Source: Candidatus Microgenomates bacterium (GTDB taxonomy: Bacteria > Patescibacteriota > Microgenomatia > UBA8517). From it: 64,000 bases of DNA. Where the stretch lies: positions 315,946 to 379,945 of the forward strand of contig JBEKQV010000001.1 of the NCBI GenBank assembly GCA_049519355.1. The letters are read 5' to 3'. The position numbers were made by a program, and so were the translations under genes. The notes below the pieces were generated by a model, which had not been told where the DNA came from, searched no databases, and was given only the letters and a program-made list of their open reading frames with translations. Below, one piece after another: positions 7,804-17,365 of this stretch (positions are counted from its first letter, which is position 1; every line of letters begins with the position of its first letter).

Positions 7804-8136
7804 ATGGCTAATAAGAATATTGTTCGGCCAGCTCGCCACAAGGTTTCCGGCGGCGTGGTTCATAAACTGCCTGATGATCTGAAGAAAGTTTTGATCTCTG
7901 ATCCCAAAGCATTGGCAATATGGGAGAGTCTTACGCCTTTGGCCAGAAACGAATGGATTTGTTGGACAATTAATGTTAAAAAGCAGGAAACTAGGAGGGA
8001 TCATGTTAAAAGAGTGCAAAGTGAGCTTAAAGAAGGAATGCGCCGTCCTTGTTGTTGGATTGGTTGCATTCATAGGAAAGACAAACCACTGAGTCCCTCC
8101 GTACAATATGTACTGAGTAGACGGCAGGGGAGATGA
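7804..8136 (+). CDS. YdeI/OmpD-associated (OmdA) family protein
   Basis: Motif AIWESLTPLARNEWICWTINVKKQETRRDHVKRVQSELKEG matches the YdeI/OmpD-associated family pattern (WExLxPxxRREYIxWIxxAKKxETRxxRI). Confidence 0.5.
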   Translation: MANKNIVRPARHKVSGGVVHKLPDDLKKVLISDPKALAIWESLTPLARNEWICWTINVKKQETRRDHVKRVQSELKEGMRRPCCWIGCIHRKDKPLSPSVQYVLSRRQGR

Positions 8137-8206
8137 AAGGCTGCGCTCCTAACACTGGGTAAAAGAAGTCTATTAAAGGTGGTTGGGTAAATAGTATAAT
8201 GATTCC

Positions 8207-8593
8207 ATGATTAAGATAGCTGACAAAGGAAATACGGTTATAGAAATCGCAAGAGGGTCTCAAGAAAATTATGAACAATGGTCAGTATATCCTCATAAGG
8301 TAGACGATCCCACCTTTCAAAAACTTACGAATGAACAGCAGAATCTGGCAAAAGAATTAAGCATAACCGGAATCAGAAACAGAGAAGATCTTTTTAGTCA
8401 TTTAATGAATCAAGATATCGCGGAAGCGATTGCAAGACTTAATGATAATCTCAGTTCCCCAAGATTTAAAGGCCTTGGACTTGTTGCAAATAAAATAGGT
8501 ATTGAACCCACGGGCGAGATTGCACAGATATTGGAACAGAAATACGGAATTAAGTCGGTTGAAGGTGATACTCCTGCAGAAACAAAAGGTTAA
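8207..8593 (+). CDS. Hypothetical protein
   Basis: ORF track, 128 aa. Confidence 0.4.
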   Translation: MIKIADKGNTVIEIARGSQENYEQWSVYPHKVDDPTFQKLTNEQQNLAKELSITGIRNREDLFSHLMNQDIAEAIARLNDNLSSPRFKGLGLVANKIGIEPTGEIAQILEQKYGIKSVEGDTPAETKG

Positions 8594-8622
8594 TCTTTCT
8601 ATAAGTAGAAGGAGGGTAATTA

Positions 8623-9096
8623 TTACTTTTCCTTAGTCGAGGCGGCTTTCTTGGTTACTTTCTTGACTTTAGGGACTTTTACTTCTTTTATAACTTTTTC
8701 CTCTATAACTGAAGGTGCCTGGGCCACAGTCTCGATAATTTTGGGTTGCAAAAGGTTTAAGATTTTATCCAATTTAACATTTATAGCCTCGATCTGAGCT
8801 TTGCTTTGATCAAAACTTGGGGCTTGGGGTCTAAATTCGCTTCTTTCGGGACGTCTGGAATCAGACCTTCCACCGTTTATTTTCTCAAAACAGTCGCTGC
8901 AGTAAACCGGTTTGCCGTTTGTGGGTTTAAAAGGAACTTGGCATTCCTTGCCGCAGTTACTACAGATGGCTGAGAACATTTCTCTATTGCCTCCGAAAGA
9001 AGATCTTCCGCCTCTAAATCCACCTCTACCTCCACCACGGGAGAAACCACCACGGTATCCACCTGCGCTTCTATCATCTCTGTTGAAATTTCCCAT
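8623..9096 (-). CDS. CxxC-x17-CxxC zinc-ribbon protein with an N-terminal RGG/Gly-Arg-rich region
   Basis: CSNCGKECQVPFKPTNGKPVYCSDC has exactly 17 residues between the CxxC pairs; the N-terminus reads GGYRGGFSRGGGRGGFRGGR. Confidence 0.6.
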   Translation of the reverse strand: MGNFNRDDRSAGGYRGGFSRGGGRGGFRGGRSSFGGNREMFSAICSNCGKECQVPFKPTNGKPVYCSDCFEKINGGRSDSRRPERSEFRPQAPSFDQSKAQIEAINVKLDKILNLLQPKIIETVAQAPSVIEEKVIKEVKVPKVKKVTKKAASTKEK

Positions 9097-9155
9097 AGTC
9101 TGTATTATATCATACTTCTAGCCAATATTGTGAGCAATTTGGTTTGAGGCCTTTT

Positions 9156-9695
9156 TCAGGTTTTGGAGGCACCATTGAGCTCTTTGTCGAACTTCTCCTT
9201 GGATTCACCTATAATTTTATAAGCTTCCCTTTTCCCCACCCATCCTTTAATCTTTACCCACTTGTTTTCAAGCTTTTTATACGTTTCAAAGAAATTCTGA
9301 ACCTCTTTTTTAAAGTGGTCGGGTAGATCGGAGATCGCATCTATGTGCTTATTTCTAGGGTCTTTTTCTGCAACCGCCACAATTTTATAGTCTCTGCCGC
9401 TTTCGTCTTCCATATCCAGTACCCCAATAGGTTTGACCGAAACAACGCAACCGGGGAATACCGACTCAGAGATAATCACCAAGACGTCAAGGTGATCTCC
9501 GTCATCTGCTCTTGTTTCTGGAATAAAGCCATAATCGACCGGATAAAAAACCGAAGAGTAAAGGACTCTGTCCAGCCTGATCTCGTCTAATTTTTCATCA
9601 TACTCGTATTTGTTGTGGTTTCCTTTTGGGATTTCAACGACAGTGTTTATTATTTCGGGGGCTTTGTCTCCTAAAGTCAATTTTGAATACGCCAT
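9156..9695 (-). CDS. ppa: Inorganic pyrophosphatase
   Basis: DYGFIPETRADDGDHLDVLV and the other family I PPase signatures. Confidence 0.9.
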   Translation of the reverse strand: MAYSKLTLGDKAPEIINTVVEIPKGNHNKYEYDEKLDEIRLDRVLYSSVFYPVDYGFIPETRADDGDHLDVLVIISESVFPGCVVSVKPIGVLDMEDESGRDYKIVAVAEKDPRNKHIDAISDLPDHFKKEVQNFFETYKKLENKWVKIKGWVGKREAYKIIGESKEKFDKELNGASKT

Positions 9696-9728
9696 ATCAG
9701 AAGATATTAATGCAAACGACGTCTTTTT

Positions 9729-11441
9729 TCAATTAATCTTGGAGGTTTCTTGGGACTTGGCAGCCTTTATAAACGCCAGAAAGACAGGGTGTGGGGTTAA
9801 AGGCCGGCTGATATATTCCGGGTGGAACTGTGTCCCGATGAAGAAAGGATGATTTTTGAGTTCTATCGCTTCCACCAGTTTACCATCCGGGGATGTTCCG
9901 GAAATGATAAAACCCGCTTTTTCAAATTGCTTTTTATATAAGTTATTGAATTCGTATCTATGTCTGTGCCTTTCGAAGATAATCAGCCTTTTATCCGATT
10001 TAAATTTTGCCTGGGCACTGTCTTTTGGCTGAAACCAGGGGGCGTTATCAACATTTCCGTATTTTTTATAACAGTTTTCCAAGACCGTTCCGGGCGAAAT
10101 TATGCATGGCCAGGCGCCGAGTCTTATCGTTCCTCCATATTGATGCTTTGCCAGATATTCTTTCTGGTCTTCAATAACATGAATCACAGGATATTTTGTT
10201 TTTGGATCAACCTCGGAACTATTGGCACCCTTTAAATGGAGAACATCCCGTGCAAATTCTATTGTTGCCATTTGCATGCCGAAACAAAGTCCAAGGTACG
10301 GAATTTTATTTTCCCGGGCAAATTTTGCAGCCATTAATTTTCCTTCCGTGCCTCTGGAACCCCAGCCTTGCGGGACAATTATTCCACCAAATCCTTCTAA
10401 GGTCTTTTTGCCTGTTTCCAGTTCCTCGCTGTCTATCCAGGTTGTTTTTACGTTTACGCCTATAACTGAAGCCGCGTGTCTTAGGGATTCGATTACCGAA
10501 ACGTATGAATCGGCCAGTTGATATTCTCCGGTAACAAAGTATTTCCCGACGATGGCGATTTTAACATCCTTGGGATATTTTTTATTGATTCTCGCAGTCA
10601 TTTCCTGCCATTTTTTGATTGTATGATGCTTGTTGCTGGTAAGTCCCAGAAGCTTCAGGCAAGTCGAAGCCAAATGGTGGTGTGGTTTATGGAAAAGCTG
10701 CGGTACGTCATAAATCGTATTCAAATCCGGGACCGAAAATAATCTGTCGGGGGTGATATTGCAAAAAAGTGCGAGTTTGTCCAGACGTTTTTTATCAATC
10801 GGGAATTCGCTTCGGGCAACAATTATATCGGGTTGAATTCCCAGGCTGTTCAATACATGAACTGAGGTTTGGGCGGGTTTACTTTTTAGTTCTCCAACAT
10901 TGGCGAGGTAGGGGAGATAGGTTACGTGTAAGTGTATTACGTCTTTAGGGTATTTTAACTTAAGAATTCTTGCCGCTTCAAAGAAAATTCCGTTTTTATA
11001 TTCCCCTACAGTGCCTCCATATTCGACGATGACGATCTCGGCATTATTTACTTCTCCGGAAAGTTTTATTCTTCTGATGATTTCGTCGGTAACATGAGGA
11101 ATAACATCAACAGTGTCTCCGCCGTATTCAAACGATCTTTCCTTGCGGATTACTTCGCCATAGACCTGCCCGGCTGTAACATAGTTTTCTCTTCTGAGAT
11201 TCTCATGAACAAATCTTTCGTAATGACCTAAATCTTCATCTGTTTCCATCCCATCATGAGTTACAAAAACTTCCCCGTGCTCCTGTGGTCTAAGCGTTCC
11301 GGCATCAACATTAAAGTACATATCGACTTTTGTGGGGGTAACTTTATATCCGCGGGATTTTAGAAGGAGAGCTAAAGAGGAGACGGTAATGCCTTTACCT
11401 AGGCCTGAAACAACTCCGCCCGAGACGAAGATGAATTTCAT
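9729..11441 (-). CDS. pyrG: CTP synthase
   Basis: N-terminus MKFIFVSGGVVSGLGKGI; glutamine amidotransferase domain GLCFGMQ; 570 aa. Confidence 0.95.
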   Translation of the reverse strand: MKFIFVSGGVVSGLGKGITVSSLALLLKSRGYKVTPTKVDMYFNVDAGTLRPQEHGEVFVTHDGMETDEDLGHYERFVHENLRRENYVTAGQVYGEVIRKERSFEYGGDTVDVIPHVTDEIIRRIKLSGEVNNAEIVIVEYGGTVGEYKNGIFFEAARILKLKYPKDVIHLHVTYLPYLANVGELKSKPAQTSVHVLNSLGIQPDIIVARSEFPIDKKRLDKLALFCNITPDRLFSVPDLNTIYDVPQLFHKPHHHLASTCLKLLGLTSNKHHTIKKWQEMTARINKKYPKDVKIAIVGKYFVTGEYQLADSYVSVIESLRHAASVIGVNVKTTWIDSEELETGKKTLEGFGGIIVPQGWGSRGTEGKLMAAKFARENKIPYLGLCFGMQMATIEFARDVLHLKGANSSEVDPKTKYPVIHVIEDQKEYLAKHQYGGTIRLGAWPCIISPGTVLENCYKKYGNVDNAPWFQPKDSAQAKFKSDKRLIIFERHRHRYEFNNLYKKQFEKAGFIISGTSPDGKLVEAIELKNHPFFIGTQFHPEYISRPLTPHPVFLAFIKAAKSQETSKIN

Positions 11442-11529
11442 TTTTCAAATGAAATTCCATCACACGATGTCAACTTCATGAGTCGTATCATAAGCTAATT
11501 AAAAGCTCTTTTCAAATAGCAAAATATAC

Positions 11530-11913
11530 TTATTTTTCAACTTCAAACCAATCAATCGGAGTTTGTTCGTCCGGTTCGCCGTTATAATTAACCGTTATTT
11601 CCTCACCCTTTTTTATTGGTTTAATGGCTCTATAAACCATGGAAACTGTTTTGAAATTTTGTTTCCAGTCTGCGTTCGGATGATAGGAGTGATTGTAAAT
11701 TGAACCGTATCCCAAAATCAGGGATGCCCCGCGCGTGCTTCTCCAGGGGTAGATGTAATAATTTAAAGAGGTTTTTTCCAACTGCTTCCGTTCTTTGGTG
11801 TTAAAAGTAAGTACCGGACAGTTCTCAATCACATCACCGACTTTAAAATTGCGGGCGGCAAAAACCCCTCGACCCTTTTTTGCGACTCTCCTGACAACTA
11901 TGTTTTTCCTCAT
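11530..11913 (-). CDS. SET-domain protein (putative lysine methyltransferase)
   Basis: GRGVFAARNFKVGDVI ... NHSYHPN ... EEITVNY are the classic SET motifs (GxG, NHSCxPN, ELxxDY). Confidence 0.7.
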   Translation of the reverse strand: MRKNIVVRRVAKKGRGVFAARNFKVGDVIENCPVLTFNTKERKQLEKTSLNYYIYPWRSTRGASLILGYGSIYNHSYHPNADWKQNFKTVSMVYRAIKPIKKGEEITVNYNGEPDEQTPIDWFEVEK

Positions 11914-11937
11914 TTATGTATAATATCTTATCTTATT

Positions 11938-12921
11938 ATGAAAACTTGGCAAAGAATCAAGGACAATCCAAATCTTTTGAACCAATATCTGGTTCGGGAA
12001 AAAGTTATTGATACGATCCGCTATTTCTTTAAGTCTCAGGGCTTTCACGAAGTTTTTACTCCGGAGCTGGTTCCTGTTCCTTCCATTGAACCAAACTTGG
12101 AAGTTTTTGAAACCGAACTTAGAACATCTAAAGGATTGAAACGCCGAGGATTTCTAATTATGAGTCCGGAGTTTTCCATAAAGAAACTTTTGTCCGCGGG
12201 AGTAGGGAATTGTTTTGAAATTACAAGATGTTTTAGAAATGAAGAAGAAGTAAGTTCTCTCCACAACCCCGAATTTACGATGCTTGAGTGGTATAGGGTT
12301 CAGGCCGATTATACGGATGTAATGAAAGATTTTGAACAGCTTTTTACTAAGATTATTATGGAGGTTAATCCCAAGGTCGATTTATCGAAGTGGAAGTACC
12401 AGGGTGAAACCTATGATCTTTCGCTTCCTTGGCCGAGAATCAGTTTTGAAAGGGCTTTCGCCAAATTTGCCGGGAAAAAGATCGAGGATGTAAAAGATGA
12501 AGATTTTTATCAAATCTTCTTTAATGACATTGAGCCAAAATTAAGGGAAAGTGGAAGACCTGCAATTATTTACGATTATCCGATTTCACAGGCGGCTTTA
12601 TCCCGACCGAAGGCATCGGATCCTAGGTTTGCCGAAAGATTTGAAGTGTTTTTAGCAGGAGTTGAGCTGGGAAATTGCTTTTCGGAGCTGACAGACGCAG
12701 TGGAGCAAAAGAAGCGCTTTGAATCGGACTTGACTCTCCGCCGGGCCCAGCATAAATCGGATTATCCGATTGATGATGATCTGATAGATGCTCTCGAGGC
12801 GGGCTTGCCTCCGGTTTCGGGAATTGCAGTTGGAGTGGATAGACTTATTATGCTTGCCGCCGATGTTCCTTCAATTGCAGACACCTTATTTTTTCCGGGT
12901 AAGGAGCTATTTGACCTCTAA
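11938..12921 (+). CDS. epmA: Elongation factor P--(R)-beta-lysine ligase (class II LysRS paralog GenX/PoxA)
   Basis: Class II aaRS motifs FEITRCFRNE and GLPPVSGIAVGVDRL. It is a truncated LysRS-like protein of 327 aa located directly upstream of efp. Confidence 0.8.
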   Translation: MKTWQRIKDNPNLLNQYLVREKVIDTIRYFFKSQGFHEVFTPELVPVPSIEPNLEVFETELRTSKGLKRRGFLIMSPEFSIKKLLSAGVGNCFEITRCFRNEEEVSSLHNPEFTMLEWYRVQADYTDVMKDFEQLFTKIIMEVNPKVDLSKWKYQGETYDLSLPWPRISFERAFAKFAGKKIEDVKDEDFYQIFFNDIEPKLRESGRPAIIYDYPISQAALSRPKASDPRFAERFEVFLAGVELGNCFSELTDAVEQKKRFESDLTLRRAQHKSDYPIDDDLIDALEAGLPPVSGIAVGVDRLIMLAADVPSIADTLFFPGKELFDL

Positions 12922-12949
12922 GGCCTCCAGGCATTAAAATACGCGTGCG

Positions 12950-13516
12950 GTGGATACAATTAATGCGGGTAATATTACAAAAGGTAGCTTCATTATTTTT
13001 AAGGGAGCTCCGGTACTGATCACAAAGGCTGAATTTATGTCGCCCGGAAAGGGCTCTCCTGTTATGCGGATAAAGTTTAAGAATGTACAAACAGGTTCCG
13101 CGGGGGAGTTTACTTATAAAACAGCCGAGACAGTCGAGGTTGCGGAAGTTGAGAAAAAAGAAATGGAGTACCTCTATAGAGATGGTGATGACTTGGTATT
13201 TATGGATCCGAAATCTTATGATCAGGTTTCAATTCCTATGAGTTTAATTGAAGGACAATTTGGCTACTTAACCCCAAACCTTAAATGTTGGATTGTCTGG
13301 TATAAAGGCAAAGCCATTGGTGCGGCGCTTCCGACTCATGTAACTTTGCAAGTGACCGAATCCCCGGATGAGGTTGCCGGAAACCGTTCCAATGCTCCCA
13401 AAAAGACTGTGAAGTTGGAAACCGGAACCACGGCCCAAGTGCCGCTTTTTATCAAGGTCGGTGAAAAGGTTATGCTGGATACGGCAACCGGTGAATATTT
13501 GGGTAGGACAAAATAA
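12950..13516 (+). CDS. efp: Elongation factor P
   Basis: 188 aa, KOW-like N-terminus with the modified-lysine loop SPGKGSP; typical EF-P length. Confidence 0.9.
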   Translation: MDTINAGNITKGSFIIFKGAPVLITKAEFMSPGKGSPVMRIKFKNVQTGSAGEFTYKTAETVEVAEVEKKEMEYLYRDGDDLVFMDPKSYDQVSIPMSLIEGQFGYLTPNLKCWIVWYKGKAIGAALPTHVTLQVTESPDEVAGNRSNAPKKTVKLETGTTAQVPLFIKVGEKVMLDTATGEYLGRTK

Positions 13517-13562
13517 TTAAAATTTTCAGTGCTTCTTCAGGAAACGATGCTTTAATTTCTCA

Positions 13563-14096
13563 ATGGACGAAGTTAAAGAAGAAAATAAAGAAATATCCCC
13601 AAAATCCTCAAACTCTACATTGTATTTAGTTTTTGTAATTATTCTTTTAGTGGTTGCCGGCGGAGCGTTTTATTTCGGTAGAAAATCAGGTGAAGCAAAG
13701 ATGACTGCTTTTTATCAAAGCCAGCCAAAGCCTTCGGGAATGGGAATACCAAGACCTTCCGGTCCTCCAAATTTTAAAGGACAAAAATTATCTGATGTTC
13801 AAATGCTTTCCAGTGCAACTCTTATTTATCCTGGGGTTTCTAATACGGATGTTAATAGAACTCTTATTAATTGGACACTTTCGACTACGCAAAATTCGGA
13901 TGGCACAGTGACAGTGAAATTAACCCCTGCTGAGCCGGAGGCTACAGAGGGTGATACTACCCAGACTTTTACTGTCAAACCCGGTGATAAACTCTATTTT
14001 GACGACTTAAATCCAAACGATGACCAACCCGGAATGGATGTTAACACTCATGATGACCTGGGGATTTTAGTAGACAGCAACGGGATTATTCAATAA
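13563..14096 (+). CDS. Hypothetical membrane-anchored secreted protein
   Basis: ORF track; a single N-terminal TM. Confidence 0.4.
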   Translation: MDEVKEENKEISPKSSNSTLYLVFVIILLVVAGGAFYFGRKSGEAKMTAFYQSQPKPSGMGIPRPSGPPNFKGQKLSDVQMLSSATLIYPGVSNTDVNRTLINWTLSTTQNSDGTVTVKLTPAEPEATEGDTTQTFTVKPGDKLYFDDLNPNDDQPGMDVNTHDDLGILVDSNGIIQ

Positions 14097-14143
14097 CCAC
14101 AACTTTAAGCTTCAGTTGTTCCTTTAGAGTAAAATGATTACAA

Positions 14144-14383
14144 ATGTTAATTGAAGTTGTGGGGTGGATCGGGACCGCACTGATTTTGGCAGCCTACCTC
14201 TTGGTTTCTATAAAAAAGATTGGACCAACTTCAAAAACATATCAATCTTTGAATTTATTTGGAGCAATTGGAGTTGGTGTAAATTCATTAGTCCACAGAG
14301 CGCTTCCGTCGGTTGGAATTAATTTTGCCTGGATGTTAATAGCAATCTATGCGTTGGTAAGAAGCAGAAAAGAATTGAAGTAG
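14144..14383 (+). CDS. Small membrane protein (79 aa)
   Basis: ORF track. Confidence 0.4.
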   Translation: MLIEVVGWIGTALILAAYLLVSIKKIGPTSKTYQSLNLFGAIGVGVNSLVHRALPSVGINFAWMLIAIYALVRSRKELK

Positions 14384-14384
14384 A

Positions 14385-14849
14385 TTATGGTTTGGCCACA
14401 TGCCAGGTCCCATTAATTCCGTCTCCAGTCATATCTCCCGGAACTTGGTCGCCGGAGTAATAGTAAAGAGGGCGTCCTTTATATACGAATTGCATAGAAC
14501 CGGTTGGCCCGGCCGCGGTAGTAACTCCGGTTGGGAGATTGGTCGGTACAGTGGATGTTACATATGCCGGCCAAATCCCGGCGCACGTTCCAGTGCACGT
14601 ACTTACGCCTTTTGTATCGTTATCAAACACATAAAGTGTCATGCCGCTTGCTCCGACTAAGTAGTTGCCTTTTGCTCCCGACATTGTCGTAATAACATTT
14701 CCAGAAACAGGAGTGATAGGTGCGGTCGAACTGTTGGATGGAGAGATGCTATATGCACCCGAGAACAAAGCTTTGATTTGGTGTCTTCCCAAATATCCAA
14801 GAACTAAAACTACAATTATGACTGCAATCCAAACCCAAGCCTTTTTCAT
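14385..14849 (-). CDS. Secreted or lipoprotein of the COG4315 / Yx(FWY)xxD-repeat family
   Basis: GMTLYVFDNDT...CTGTCAGIWPAY and GRPLYYYSGDQ follow the repeat pattern GxxLYxFxxD...C..C...WP. Confidence 0.55.
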   Translation of the reverse strand: MKKAWVWIAVIIVVLVLGYLGRHQIKALFSGAYSISPSNSSTAPITPVSGNVITTMSGAKGNYLVGASGMTLYVFDNDTKGVSTCTGTCAGIWPAYVTSTVPTNLPTGVTTAAGPTGSMQFVYKGRPLYYYSGDQVPGDMTGDGINGTWHVAKP

Positions 14850-14902
14850 AACAATTGATGTTACAAATCCGTTACACTATTTGTCAAGTGATAGAATAAG
14901 TT

Positions 14903-15586
14903 GTGGTAAAAAGTCTTCATCAAAAAAATTCATGGATCCGTGATTTAATTCTTGGCGGACAGGACGGACTGGTAAATGTTTTGGGAATAATTTTGGGGGT
15001 TACGGCTGCAAACGGAACGCATCCTGTTATTGTTGCCGCATCGCTCGCCGCGGCATTCGCCGAAGCAGTTTCAATGGGAGCGGTTAACTATACATCAACT
15101 TTGGCTGAGCGTGACCATTACGCGAAAGAAAAGAATACCGAGTATTGGGAGATTGAGCATGAGCCGGATGAGGAAAGGGAGGAGATTAGAGCAATTTATT
15201 CCGCCAAAGGGTTTAAAGGAAGGAATCTGGAGATGGTTGTGAATACAATTACTCAAAATAAAGATAACTGGGCAAAAGTCATGATGGATGAAGAATTGAA
15301 ACTTCAGGAAGTAAGAACAGACAGAATTTTTAGTTCATCGTTCCTTGTTGGTTTTTCGACGGTTGTCGGTTCCATAATTCCGGTTTTACCGTATTTTGTT
15401 TTTCAGCCCAACCAGGCTTTACCGATAAGTTTGGTCTTAAGCAGCGTTGTTCTTTTTAGTGTAGGAGTTTATAAAGCTAAAACTTATGTCGGAAACTGGT
15501 GGAAAAGCGGATTACAAATGCTCCTTATTGGAATGGGTGCAGCCATAATCGGTTTTATTATTGGAAAGTTTTTCAGGGTAGATTAG
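14903..15586 (+). CDS. VIT1/CCC1-family iron/manganese transporter
   Basis: ILGGQDGLVNVLGIILGVTAA is the VIT-family signature; five TM helices; GTG start. Confidence 0.7.
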   Translation: MVKSLHQKNSWIRDLILGGQDGLVNVLGIILGVTAANGTHPVIVAASLAAAFAEAVSMGAVNYTSTLAERDHYAKEKNTEYWEIEHEPDEEREEIRAIYSAKGFKGRNLEMVVNTITQNKDNWAKVMMDEELKLQEVRTDRIFSSSFLVGFSTVVGSIIPVLPYFVFQPNQALPISLVLSSVVLFSVGVYKAKTYVGNWWKSGLQMLLIGMGAAIIGFIIGKFFRVD

Positions 15587-16674
15587 CTCTTCTTAATAAC
15601 ATAGAAAAAATCTTTACTGTAACCACTTAAGTAAGCTTTAGAACCGTCTTTAAGATCTTTGGTCAAGGTTGAAGTTTTGTATCCGCCTGTTCCGTTCGGT
15701 TCAAAAATGTTGAACCTAACCCAGAATGGATTAATATCTAGTTGGATGGCGTTGGTCGCTCCTGCCATTTTGAGCGCTTGGGCGAGCGACGAGGGGGAGA
15801 GGTTATTGCCTACCGCATAAATCAGATTTCCCTGAGCAGTCAGTCCAATTCCGCTTCTCCATGTAAAAATATCGGCATTAAACGTTCTACCCCAAAGCTT
15901 TTTGTTTAGTTCATTTAATGCAAAAACCTGTCCGTTCTGAACTAAAATGGGACAATTTTGTCTTATGAAGGCTATATTATTTCCAAGATTTTGCCCGGTG
16001 TAGTTGATAATTTTGAGTGTGCCATCAGTATAGCCAACCAAAGTTCCGACATTATTCTCCAGCGGAACGTATGTTTTATCCCCAACGACCATGCCGTAAG
16101 TCCCGTCCCTATATTGGAAGCCTCCGTCAAAGCCCGCGACCAGGTTGCCGCTTTGGACAGCGTTTTGGGGAATAATTCCCGGGCCAAAATTTCCAATCGG
16201 TCCTCCGGGTTGTTTTGTACCCGCAACTGCCACAAGATTCATCAGGCTCATATCCATTTGTACAAGTGTTACGTAGGCAAAAGGACGTGTCGGATCCGGG
16301 CGGACAAATGTATATGCCATCACTTCTTTTCCCGGAAAAAGTTTAAGAGGACGGTCATGCCAAATTCCCTCACCCGCTACATAGGGCAACCCCGTGGTAA
16401 TTGGAATAGGGGATATTGAGCTTTGGATACCGGGGTTTAGAAATTGCGGAGTGCTTCCTAAACCGGTCTTATCCGTAATTTGTTGAATTTTATCTGCAGT
16501 ATTGTAATAAGATTTCTCCAGGAGACCGACCGCCTTGTTTCCGAAAATGGGACGGAGGTAATTATCGGTGAAGGTTGCAGCAAAAGGCGTATCGAATCTA
16601 ACAATCGCAACTCCCGTTAAAAGTATGAGGAGGGTAATCAAACCGGCATATTTTAGGAATTTCTTAGTATTCAT
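15583..16674 (-). CDS. Phosphodiester glycosidase (NAGPA/DUF2233) family secreted protein
   Basis: N-terminal TM anchor; FDGGFQYRDGTYG and GSGIGLTAQGNLIY resemble the NAGPA-domain pattern. Confidence 0.45.
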   Translation of the reverse strand: MNTKKFLKYAGLITLLILLTGVAIVRFDTPFAATFTDNYLRPIFGNKAVGLLEKSYYNTADKIQQITDKTGLGSTPQFLNPGIQSSISPIPITTGLPYVAGEGIWHDRPLKLFPGKEVMAYTFVRPDPTRPFAYVTLVQMDMSLMNLVAVAGTKQPGGPIGNFGPGIIPQNAVQSGNLVAGFDGGFQYRDGTYGMVVGDKTYVPLENNVGTLVGYTDGTLKIINYTGQNLGNNIAFIRQNCPILVQNGQVFALNELNKKLWGRTFNADIFTWRSGIGLTAQGNLIYAVGNNLSPSSLAQALKMAGATNAIQLDINPFWVRFNIFEPNGTGGYKTSTLTKDLKDGSKAYLSGYSKDFFYVIKKS

Positions 16675-16741
16675 TCGAATATTATAATAACAGTTTCTTT
16701 AATATGGCTGAAGAGACAGTGAGGAAAAATATGGTGTAAAA

Positions 16742-17365
16742 TTGAGAGGTATGGCGATGCACAACTCCGAAACGGACTTTTTCGGGAAACAGGAAGGGGA
16801 GCGGATACTTTACGTGGTTAAACCTCACCCTTTATCACTTTTTTTCAAACTTCTTAAAGTTTATTTGATAGCGTTTGCTGTTTTTCTGGTTTTGGCAATT
16901 TTAGGGACACAACTTGTTTTTTTAAATTTGTTTTTGGTTGGAGGCCTAATCATTGCAGTACTCATTGCCGTTATTGGGACCAAGGTTATGACCGATTATC
17001 AAAAAAGAGATATGGCATATATTACCGATAGGCGTCTTATGAGGTTTGAACCGACGACCCTTTTTGCCACCAATCCGCGCTCTTTAACCTGGGACGAGGT
17101 GGTAAAGGTAAAAACTTATCCGCCCAACGCTCTTTTTAAACAGATGGCAATAGGAAACGTGGTTGTTCATGCCAGGACTCCGGCGAGACCCGATGAGCAT
17201 ATGCCCGGTGCGGTTGCGGCCGACGATATTGAACTAAAAGATGTTTATTATTATAAAGATCTGGGAAATTATATCGATAAAATTCTATTTACTTATAAGC
17301 AAAAACCTAAGGAGATGGAGCTAATCCATGCTTTTATCCCCAAGCCGAAAGGTGAGAGGTATTAA
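16742..17365 (+). CDS. Membrane protein with a bacterial PH-like (bPH_2) domain
   Basis: Two TM helices followed by ITDRRLMRFEP, which resembles YdbT-like bPH domains. Weak. Confidence 0.35.
   Translation: MRGMAMHNSETDFFGKQEGERILYVVKPHPLSLFFKLLKVYLIAFAVFLVLAILGTQLVFLNLFLVGGLIIAVLIAVIGTKVMTDYQKRDMAYITDRRLMRFEPTTLFATNPRSLTWDEVVKVKTYPPNALFKQMAIGNVVVHARTPARPDEHMPGAVAADDIELKDVYYYKDLGNYIDKILFTYKQKPKEMELIHAFIPKPKGERY

Noticed and set aside
8594-8622. Bidirectional terminator between the convergent genes 8207-8593 and 8623-9096
   Set aside because: Only a weak, imperfect stem (GAAGGAG...CTTTTCCTT) without a clean T-tract; not supportable.
9960-10742. Several 70-100-aa plus-strand ORFs (9960-10235, 10196-10465, 10222-10521, 10518-10742)
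   Set aside because: They lie antisense inside the highly conserved pyrG coding region. Low-complexity translations, no motifs; treated as spurious.
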